Shown here in pieces: positions 56,820 through 64,000 of a DNA stretch of 64,000 nucleotides. The position numbers and the translations under genes were made by a program. How positions within the stretch are numbered: position 1 is the first letter of the stretch; each line of letters starts with the position of its first letter. This stretch comes from Saprospiraceae bacterium. GTDB lineage: Bacteria; Bacteroidota; Bacteroidia; Chitinophagales; Saprospiraceae. The stretch spans positions 364,743 through 428,742 of the forward strand of contig JAGNXB010000001.1 in NCBI GenBank assembly GCA_017985675.1. The letters are read 5' to 3'. Under the pieces are notes generated by a model. The model was not told the origin of the DNA. It was given only the letters and a program-made list of their open reading frames with translations, and did not search any database.

Positions 56820-58361
56820 TCAAAGTGGAATGTTGCCATGCTTTTTACGTGGCAACACATCTACTTTATTCTCGAGCATTTTGAAGCCTTTGATTAGTTT
56901 CCTACGTGTGTCTACAGGCTCAATGACTTCGTCAATGAAACCGCGATTCGCTGCCTTATAGGGATTCGCAAAAGTTGTATTGTATGCTGTTTCCATCTCG
57001 ATCAATTTTGCGCCCTTGTCCGTTGCTTCGTCGATCTCTTTTTTGAAAATGATTTCAATCGCACCTTTAGCGCCCATGACGGCAATCTCTGCTGAGGGCC
57101 ATGCAAAGTTGAGGTCTGCTCCTATATGCTTTGAATTCATAACATCATATGCCCCACCATATGCTTTTCGCGTAATAAGTGTTATTCTAGGCACGGAAGC
57201 TTCACTAAACGCATAGAGCAATTTAGCTCCGTTAGTTATAATAGCATTCCATTCCTGGTCTGTACCAGGCAGGAATCCGGGTACATCGACAAGAACAAGT
57301 AATGGAATATTAAAACAATCACAGAAGCGCACAAAACGAGCAGCTTTTTTGGAGCTTTTGACATCTAAGACTCCCGCCAGACTAGCAGGTTGATTACCCA
57401 CAATACCAACGCTTTTACCCCCTAAACGGGCAAATCCAATTACTATATTGTCTGCATATTGTTCCTGCACCTCAAAAAATGATTGGTCATCCATTATTCC
57501 TTTGATGACATCTCTCATGTCATAAGGTTGATTTGGGTTTTCAGGTATAATTTCTTCAAGAACAGGTCGTTTTTCATCCTCAAGCACAAAAGGCAAATCA
57601 GGTACCTTTTCTTCACAGTTTTGAGGAATATAGGACAACAATTTTTTAATGGATTCCAAACAGTGGATATCATTCTCGGCGGTAAGGTGGGTGACCCCAC
57701 TTTTTGAGGCGTGTGCCAATGCACCACCAAGTTCTTCACTACTTACACTTTCATTCGTTACTGTTTTCACTACGCTTGGACCAGTAACAAACATATATGA
57801 GCTCTCCTCAACCATAATGATAAAATCAGTCATAGCCGGTGAATAAACGGCGCCCCCTGCACAAGGCCCCATTATAGCTGAGATTTGTGGTATGACACCT
57901 GAAGACCGCACATTTCTGTAGAAAATATCGGCGTAGCCACCTAGCGAATTAACCCCTTCCTGAATTCTAGCCCCACCACTATCATTTAGGCCAATGAGTG
58001 GTGCACCATTTTTCATCGCTAAATCCATGATTTTACAGATTTTCTCCGCATGTGTTTCAGAGAGGGAGCCTCCAAATACGGTAAAATCCTGCGCAAATAC
58101 ATAAACCAATCGCCCATGTATAGTGCCATATCCTGTTATGACACCATCACCGTAGATCTTTTGTCGATCCATCCCAAACTCAACAGACCGGTGTGTGACA
58201 AACATTCCAATCTCTTCAAAAGAACCCTCATCAACCAGGAAATGGATTCTTTCTCTAGCTGTAAGTTTGCCTTTCTCATGTTGTTTGCTTATTCGATCCT
58301 CGCCTCCACCTAAAAGTGCGGTTTGTCTTTTGGTTCTAAGTAAAGCTAACTTTTCTTTCAT
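56820..58361 (-). CDS. Acyl-CoA carboxylase carboxyltransferase subunit (propionyl-CoA carboxylase beta / methylmalonyl-CoA decarboxylase alpha family)
   Basis: 513 aa. [22 protein letters not shown] at the N-terminus and two crotonase-like CT halves ([21 protein letters not shown]). Confidence 0.88.
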   Translation of the reverse strand: MKEKLALLRTKRQTALLGGGEDRISKQHEKGKLTARERIHFLVDEGSFEEIGMFVTHRSVEFGMDRQKIYGDGVITGYGTIHGRLVYVFAQDFTVFGGSLSETHAEKICKIMDLAMKNGAPLIGLNDSGGARIQEGVNSLGGYADIFYRNVRSSGVIPQISAIMGPCAGGAVYSPAMTDFIIMVEESSYMFVTGPSVVKTVTNESVSSEELGGALAHASKSGVTHLTAENDIHCLESIKKLLSYIPQNCEEKVPDLPFVLEDEKRPVLEEIIPENPNQPYDMRDVIKGIMDDQSFFEVQEQYADNIVIGFARLGGKSVGIVGNQPASLAGVLDVKSSKKAARFVRFCDCFNIPLLVLVDVPGFLPGTDQEWNAIITNGAKLLYAFSEASVPRITLITRKAYGGAYDVMNSKHIGADLNFAWPSAEIAVMGAKGAIEIIFKKEIDEATDKGAKLIEMETAYNTTFANPYKAANRGFIDEVIEPVDTRRKLIKGFKMLENKVDVLPRKKHGNIPL

Positions 58362-58367
58362 GATAAT

Positions 58368-60581
58368 TTATTTCAACTGAGCTGCTGCATTGCTATAGGC
58401 ATCTGCATTCCGACCATCACCCATGGCTCGATAGATATTCGCAACTAATTCGTAAGCTCCCTTGAATTGGGGATTGTGCGTTACAGCTAACTTACCATAA
58501 TCCAATGCATTAGTAAGATTTTGCCGCTGTAACTCCAAATTTGCCAGGTAGTAATAAGCGAAGAAGTTGTTGTCCTGTAGTTCAATAGCTTTTTCAAATG
58601 CTTTGATGGCAGGATCAATCTCATTTTTATTCAAATAGAATAAACCGTAATAATTGTAAGCTGTGATATTATCCGGATCAATTTCCAATATTTTATCAAG
58701 AGCAGCCTTACACTTATCTAATTGATTCGTATTCAGGTAACTAAATGCTAGTGCTCCCCAAGCTACTTCATCCTTTGGTACATTCGTTACGGTCCGCTCC
58801 AATAGCGGTATGGCTTCATCAAATCTGTTTTGCTTTTGCGCATTGACACCTTCATACGCTGCTTGATCAGCATTTTTTACAATGGCCAAAACCGGTGTTC
58901 CATTCACGTCGATGGTATGGATCGTATTTGGAGGAGGCCAACTACCCTGACGGATATAGGATCCATCCGTAAATCGAGACAAAAATAGTCCGTAATCCCA
59001 GGGTGCATCATGTCGTTGGCGGTACCTTACATAGACCGTTTTAACGGTGCCATCGTATTTACGGCAATATTTATCCAGTTGATATCCAAAATTAGAGGCT
59101 AGTGTCACATCATTAGGAATATCCTTTCCAATAAGACCTTCAGATTCCAGCCATTCAATGCCTTGTTTGACGGAAACACCCCAATAGTCTGTCTCGTATT
59201 CTCCAAGCGCACCTTTCACCCCGCCTTCGATTGGATTGAAATAAACGTATGAAATAAAAGGGTTTTTTATCAAGTGAAGTGCTGGATCCAAAGCAAGTAA
59301 ACCTACTATCCCTAGTATAGCAGGCTTTAACCACCTAAAGTCAGGTTTTAAAGTGGCAAGGGTATATACTCCCAATGCAGCAAGCACAACTCCCACAGTG
59401 TATGGAAAAATCAAATGCCGCCACCCATCATATAAAGTTGATTGTTTGTAAATGACATAGACAAAAGGAAACAGAAAAGCAAAACCCAGTAAGAGGATCG
59501 GAATGGATCCGATTCGTTTCCACATTTGTCCGATTAATCCAAGACCGAAGATCCATCCAAGAAGGATGAATAAGGGAACGGTTACAAGAACCCATCTTGG
59601 TAAATAATCCCAAGGCAGACTTTGTGCAAATACCATATCTCCATTAAATAACAATCTGATATTTACCCCATAATTGGATAGTTCGGCGAGTGATTCCAGG
59701 ATGTTTTTGTAAGGAGACTGCATGGCAAATGGCCAGAATAAAATAGTAATAATCAAACCCAATGACACTGGAACTAATCCATAAATCAGATACTGCTTGA
59801 GCTTCCTTCCTTCCTTGCTAAAACCACTCAAACCATACTGGCCTATAAAATGAAGGACAGCAAAGAGTCCAAAAATGGCAACTAAAATCAAACCACCCGC
59901 CCTTACGCCAAGGGCCATGCCAAGACCAACTGCTAAGCCAATCAATACATTCCAATTTGGTCTGGGCATGGACCGGAGCCAGGCAAAAAGGAAAAATATA
60001 GTCATAATATAACCTGTAGCAAAAGGTATATCTTTTGGATTCATCACACCATGACCAGTCAAACGCGGCGACAAAAATCCAAATAGAATGGCTATAATGG
60101 CTGCTTCCCAGCCCGCTAATAAACCAGCGGTAAGTCCAATAAATAAAAGGGCTCCCCACCCAAATAAAGCTGTAAAACTGTGTCTTACTTTATGGTAACC
60201 TTCTTGATCAGGTGAAGTAAATCCAAGCAATCGGTTAGTAAATCCACTGGTCACTTCAAAAAATCCACCATAGTAATGCATTTTTGTTTTGGGTAGATTA
60301 AGTGCTGTTGTATCCTTGCCACCTGTATCATACCAATTGATGAGCGCTTGTTCGTACTCATTTTGCATTTTATCATCACCATTGATGCCAGTGCCTTGGG
60401 CAGACCATTGCATCCAGATAAACATGAGGCCAGCCAGGGTCCAGAAGGACCATTTTAGTTTCTGACTTCCCAAAAAATAATTATCCATAGGCCAAAATGC
60501 TAACCAACCAATACCGGCTGGAGGAGCCGTTTTAGGAGGTGCCTTTCGAGGTTTGATTGGATTTGGTTTGGATGTGGCCAC
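58368..60581 (-). CDS. Polytopic membrane protein with C-terminal TPR repeats (possible GT-C / ArnT-PMT-like glycosyltransferase)
   Basis: There are about 12 predicted TM helices in the first ~430 aa, with an acidic first loop (GINGDDK). Then comes a soluble region and at least 4 TPR-like repeats (AWGALAFSYL..., AYNYYGLFYL..., AYYYLANLEL..., AYELVANIY...). The GT-C assignment is an inference. Confidence 0.45.
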   Translation of the reverse strand: MATSKPNPIKPRKAPPKTAPPAGIGWLAFWPMDNYFLGSQKLKWSFWTLAGLMFIWMQWSAQGTGINGDDKMQNEYEQALINWYDTGGKDTTALNLPKTKMHYYGGFFEVTSGFTNRLLGFTSPDQEGYHKVRHSFTALFGWGALLFIGLTAGLLAGWEAAIIAILFGFLSPRLTGHGVMNPKDIPFATGYIMTIFFLFAWLRSMPRPNWNVLIGLAVGLGMALGVRAGGLILVAIFGLFAVLHFIGQYGLSGFSKEGRKLKQYLIYGLVPVSLGLIITILFWPFAMQSPYKNILESLAELSNYGVNIRLLFNGDMVFAQSLPWDYLPRWVLVTVPLFILLGWIFGLGLIGQMWKRIGSIPILLLGFAFLFPFVYVIYKQSTLYDGWRHLIFPYTVGVVLAALGVYTLATLKPDFRWLKPAILGIVGLLALDPALHLIKNPFISYVYFNPIEGGVKGALGEYETDYWGVSVKQGIEWLESEGLIGKDIPNDVTLASNFGYQLDKYCRKYDGTVKTVYVRYRQRHDAPWDYGLFLSRFTDGSYIRQGSWPPPNTIHTIDVNGTPVLAIVKNADQAAYEGVNAQKQNRFDEAIPLLERTVTNVPKDEVAWGALAFSYLNTNQLDKCKAALDKILEIDPDNITAYNYYGLFYLNKNEIDPAIKAFEKAIELQDNNFFAYYYLANLELQRQNLTNALDYGKLAVTHNPQFKGAYELVANIYRAMGDGRNADAYSNAAAQLK

Positions 60582-60587
60582 AGTGAA

Positions 60588-61688
60588 TTACTTTTTATAG
60601 GAATTTACAGACTCAATTATTCGATCAACCTCTTGTGTGGTCAACTCAGCAAACATTGGGAGTGAAACGCAATGTGTCGCCAGATACTCACTCTTTGGCA
60701 ATTGACCTTTATGATAATTCAAATGAGCGTAAGCATTTTGAAGATGACAAGGTACCGGATAGTGGAGTGCAGACTGTATTCCAGATTTGTCCAAATGGCC
60801 TATGAGATTATCTCGTTCCGAAGCGGTGACGACAAATAAATGCCAAACTGGTTCACTTTCAGGCAACACTTTTGGTAACCTAATGTGTTCGTTCGAAATT
60901 TCAGTGATGTAGCGATTTGCAATTTCTTTTCGCTTGTTATTCCAATTGTCGAGATATTGCAATTTTACTTTTAGGACCACAGCTTGCAAACCATCCATAC
61001 GCATATTGAACCCGAGTTCTTCGTGGTAATAACGCTTGTCTGCTCCATGATTTCGGAGACGGTAGATATGATCGATGAGGGATTTATCATCCGTAGTAAC
61101 ACCTCCACCTTCACCATAAGCACCCAGGTTTTTGCCAGGATAAAAGCTGAAAGCGGCAATGTCGCCATGTCCCCCCACTCGCTTTCCTAAATACCGGGCA
61201 CCATGTGCTTGAGCGGCATCTTCAATAAGATAGATATGATTTTTTTGAGCAATGGCTTTCAGCACATCCAACTTGCAAGGTTGGCCATACAAATGAACCG
61301 CAGCAATTGCTTTGGTCCTTGTTGTAATAGCAGCTTCAACAGCTTCCGGGTCAATATTCCAATATTCATCACAATCTACAAATACCGGTATTGCTCCGCA
61401 ATAGGAAATACCCCAAGCCGTGGCAATAAAAGTGTTACCAGGTAATATGACCTCATCACCAGGCCCTATTCCCAACGCTAACATGGCTAGATGTAAGGCA
61501 CTGGTTCCCGTATTTAGCCCTGCAGCAAAATTTGTTTGACAATATACTGCGAAATCATGCTCAAATTCGGTTACAAAAGGACCGCCCGCAAAGGCAGTTT
61601 TTTCCAATACTTTGTCCCATCCGGCCTTTACTTCATCCGCTATTCCCAAGTATTGTCTGTGTAAATCTAAAAAAGGTATTGTTTCCAT
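60588..61688 (-). CDS. DegT/DnrJ/EryC1/StrS-family sugar aminotransferase (WbpE-like)
   Basis: Typical motifs FxxxFAxY, DAAQAHGA and SFYPGKNLGA (PLP lysine). Confidence 0.85.
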   Translation of the reverse strand: METIPFLDLHRQYLGIADEVKAGWDKVLEKTAFAGGPFVTEFEHDFAVYCQTNFAAGLNTGTSALHLAMLALGIGPGDEVILPGNTFIATAWGISYCGAIPVFVDCDEYWNIDPEAVEAAITTRTKAIAAVHLYGQPCKLDVLKAIAQKNHIYLIEDAAQAHGARYLGKRVGGHGDIAAFSFYPGKNLGAYGEGGGVTTDDKSLIDHIYRLRNHGADKRYYHEELGFNMRMDGLQAVVLKVKLQYLDNWNNKRKEIANRYITEISNEHIRLPKVLPESEPVWHLFVVTASERDNLIGHLDKSGIQSALHYPVPCHLQNAYAHLNYHKGQLPKSEYLATHCVSLPMFAELTTQEVDRIIESVNSYKK

Positions 61689-61696
61689 TTGTTTAG

Positions 61697-62191
61697 TTAT
61701 TCTTCAATGATTCTTATGATTCGGGCAGGGTTACCTGCCACAATAGCTTTTTCAGGGACGTCTTTAGTCACTACACTACCGGCTCCAATCATTGCACCAG
61801 CACCTATTCGTACACCACCCATGATTGTAGCGCTTGTCCCAATCGATACACCATTTTCAATAATGGTTTCGACACAGTGCCAGTCAGCTTCTGTTTGAAG
61901 ACTGCCATCCGGATTAGCAGCTCGAGGATAAATATCATTAATAAAGGAGACATTATGTCCTACAAAAACGCCATCTCCTATTGACACCCCTTCGCAGATG
62001 AAGGTATGGCTGGAGATTTTTGAGTTTTTGCCTATCGAGGCCCCTTTTTGGATCTCTACAAAAGCGCCGATTTTTGATCCATCACCTATGCTGCATCCAT
62101 AGGCGTTTACAAAATCAAAAATTCTCACCTCCTTTCCAACACGCACATTTTTTAAGTTTTGTCGCGCTGAATCAACATTAATGATTTCCAT
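61697..62191 (-). CDS. Left-handed beta-helix (hexapeptide) sugar N-acetyltransferase (WbpD-like)
   Basis: Repeated [LIV]G-x4 hexapeptides (IGDGSKIGAFVEI, IGKNSKI, IGDGVFVG, IGTSATIMGGVRIGAGAMIGAGSVV). Confidence 0.8.
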   Translation of the reverse strand: MEIINVDSARQNLKNVRVGKEVRIFDFVNAYGCSIGDGSKIGAFVEIQKGASIGKNSKISSHTFICEGVSIGDGVFVGHNVSFINDIYPRAANPDGSLQTEADWHCVETIIENGVSIGTSATIMGGVRIGAGAMIGAGSVVTKDVPEKAIVAGNPARIIRIIEE

Positions 62192-62203
62192 AAGTATATC
62201 CTG

Positions 62204-63208
62204 CTATAAATGAATTTCTTTGCCTCTTTCACTCAACGATTTATCGGCGGCTTCAAGGATTTCGACAACTTCTAACCCGCTAAGATAATCGGATACTGGA
62301 TGAGTACCCTTTATGATGGCATCCCTAAAATCCAAGGCCATTTGAGCTAATGCTTCATATTGAGGGATCTTTGGAATCAAAATATCACCAGTTCGATAGT
62401 CTACTAATATCCTATCTCTGTCTGATTGAGGAAGGATAGTGTAGCCTTTATCATAAATTTTAATCTTTTCCGTTGTTTCGAGATCGTTAAACACAATCAT
62501 TTTTTCGTCACCACCAACTAGCATTTGCCGGATTTTAACTGGTGAAACCCAGGAACAATTAAAATGGGCTATTCGATTATCCGGATAAAATAAGGTCAGA
62601 TAGGCTATATTTTCAAGTTTGTTGTCTGTATGACTAACTCCTACGGCCTGGACGCCCAGTGGTTTTTCCTGAAATAGATGACGGCAGATGGATATGTCAT
62701 GCGGCGCGAGGTCCCAAAGTACATTAACATCGGTTTGAAAAAGGCCAAGATTGATTCGGGTGCTATCAAGATATTGTAGTTGCCCAAGTGATCCTTGATC
62801 AAGATAATCCTTGATAAATCGCACAGAGGGTGTGTATAGATAAGTGTGATCAACCATCAAAATCTTGTTAGCAGATGTTGCCAGTTCTATTAGTTGTTCT
62901 GCTTCGTTGCGGGATGAACACATAGGTTTTTCCAACAGGACATGCTTCCCTGCAGCAAATGCCTGCTTTGCCAATTGAAAATGGGTGTGAACAGGGGTGG
63001 CAATAATAACAGCGTCAACAGCAAGATCTGTAAGGATATCCGTATAATCGGTCGTAGTTTTTATTTGAGGATACAGGTTTTGTACTTTTTCTAATCTGGA
63101 CTTATCCAAATCAAGTACCCAGGTTACCGAACAATCAGGTGTCAGGTTGAAATTACGAACAAGATTTGGCCCCCAATATCCAAAGCCAATAATTGCCACT
63201 TTTATCAT
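62204..63208 (-). CDS. Gfo/Idh/MocA-family sugar oxidoreductase (WbpB-like)
   Basis: N-terminal Rossmann KVAIIGFGYWGPN and the EKP motif (LLEKPM). Confidence 0.8.
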   Translation of the reverse strand: MIKVAIIGFGYWGPNLVRNFNLTPDCSVTWVLDLDKSRLEKVQNLYPQIKTTTDYTDILTDLAVDAVIIATPVHTHFQLAKQAFAAGKHVLLEKPMCSSRNEAEQLIELATSANKILMVDHTYLYTPSVRFIKDYLDQGSLGQLQYLDSTRINLGLFQTDVNVLWDLAPHDISICRHLFQEKPLGVQAVGVSHTDNKLENIAYLTLFYPDNRIAHFNCSWVSPVKIRQMLVGGDEKMIVFNDLETTEKIKIYDKGYTILPQSDRDRILVDYRTGDILIPKIPQYEALAQMALDFRDAIIKGTHPVSDYLSGLEVVEILEAADKSLSERGKEIHL

Positions 63209-63927
63209 AGGGAAAAATATTTGTGTTTGTTAAGTCGAAAAGCACTTACGGCAATAAATAACTTAAATAAGTCTTTGATTACCAATAAAATACTTTTAAA
63301 TGATGCGCCTTTGCTTGAACCATGTGTGCGGGGTAAATAGGTGGATTTTATCTCTGTGCAGCGGATGCCAAGTACATTAAGCTTTGCACAAATTTCACTT
63401 TCAATGGCTGAGCTGTGTAAACGCAAGTCAATCTGTTTGAGTACTGATGATTTGTAAACTTTAACCCAATTTACATCGCGCAATTTTAAACCCAATACAA
63501 GTTGGTTAAAAAGCTTATTCATCCATGATAGTATATTTCGAAAGGCACTGTATGTCTGATTCTCTTGCCTGTAGAAAGAAAGAAAAGTTTTTTGATCCAC
63601 TTCTTTATATGGAATTAGTTCCTGAATGTCAAACTGGCCATCGCCGGGAATAAATACGACATTCTCGTGGCTTGCATTAAAATAGATACTTCTTATTCCT
63701 TCGCCTATGCCCAAATTAGTGTTATGGTATATTGGTTTAACTCGAGAATCCGTAGCAGCAAGTGCTTGGATTATTTCTGGGGTTTTGTCCTTACTTCCAT
63801 CATCTACAAGCAAGATCTCCCAATTGTTGAGTTCCCAGGTGTGGAAGAGATGAAGCACCTTTCCAAAAACGGTACGTAATGAGCCCTCCTCGTTATAACA
63901 TAGTATGCCCACGGACCAAGATTGCAT
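63205..63927 (-). CDS. Family 2 glycosyltransferase (polyprenyl-phosphate sugar synthase-like)
   Basis: SVGILCYNEE and LVDDGSKDKT (DxD region), plus a C-terminal hydrophobic helix. The ATG at 63927 (checked) is preferred over the TTG at 63963. Confidence 0.75.
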   Translation of the reverse strand: MQSWSVGILCYNEEGSLRTVFGKVLHLFHTWELNNWEILLVDDGSKDKTPEIIQALAATDSRVKPIYHNTNLGIGEGIRSIYFNASHENVVFIPGDGQFDIQELIPYKEVDQKTFLSFYRQENQTYSAFRNILSWMNKLFNQLVLGLKLRDVNWVKVYKSSVLKQIDLRLHSSAIESEICAKLNVLGIRCTEIKSTYLPRTHGSSKGASFKSILLVIKDLFKLFIAVSAFRLNKHKYFSL

Positions 63928-64000
63928 AACAGTGTTTCTAAAACTAAAAGATGAACAAGCCAACTTATCTATCTTTAGAAGATCTTTATAAGGGCTTTCT

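Overview
This is a 64-kb chromosomal segment that looks like a Bacteroidota genome. Supporting signs: two proteins with T9SS C-terminal sorting domains, a TamL-type lipoprotein Omp85, a TSP3-repeat OmpA, an Oar-like TonB-dependent receptor, and A-rich start contexts without Shine-Dalgarno sequences.

Coding density is high, and about 60 CDS are supported. All product calls rest on motif and family recognition from memory; no searches were run. I recognised no rRNA, tRNA, CRISPR array, transposase or integrase.

Most genes are housekeeping:
- purK/purE and purL
- ilvE, udk, a NupC-family transporter and a deoxynucleoside kinase
- rdgB, nth, rluD, yggS
- ccmE/ccmF
- an agmatinase plus carboxynorspermidine dehydrogenase/decarboxylase polyamine cluster

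The most interesting locus is on the minus strand at 28.4-31.6 kb. It is an operon of cysM-like cysteine synthase, a JAMM/MPN+ hydrolase, a MoaD/ThiS-like sulfur carrier and MoeB/ThiF-rhodanese, i.e. a CysM/Mec+/CysO/MoeZ-type protein-thiocarboxylate route to cysteine.
- Two tandem mini-ORFs precede it, carrying runs of 4 and 5 consecutive Cys codons (MILQMNQMCCCCIPLAMEW and MNIKVISSVYTCCCCCQSTSSTL).
- Each mini-ORF is followed by a GC-rich hairpin plus a U-run.
- I interpret this as a duplicated ribosome-mediated, cysteine-sensing transcription attenuator. That class is not among the classical trp/his/leu/thr/ilv/phe attenuators.
- The sulfur carrier also has a 12-residue tail after its Gly-Gly.

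Other notable items:
- a perfect 8-copy 11-bp tandem repeat at 39.3 kb
- a T9SS-secreted protein built of six ~94-aa six-cysteine repeats
- a CxxxY-variant CcmE with an extended CcmF
- tandem secreted CotH paralogs
- an Arn-like sugar-modification operon (GT2, WbpB/D/E-like enzymes, polytopic TPR membrane protein)
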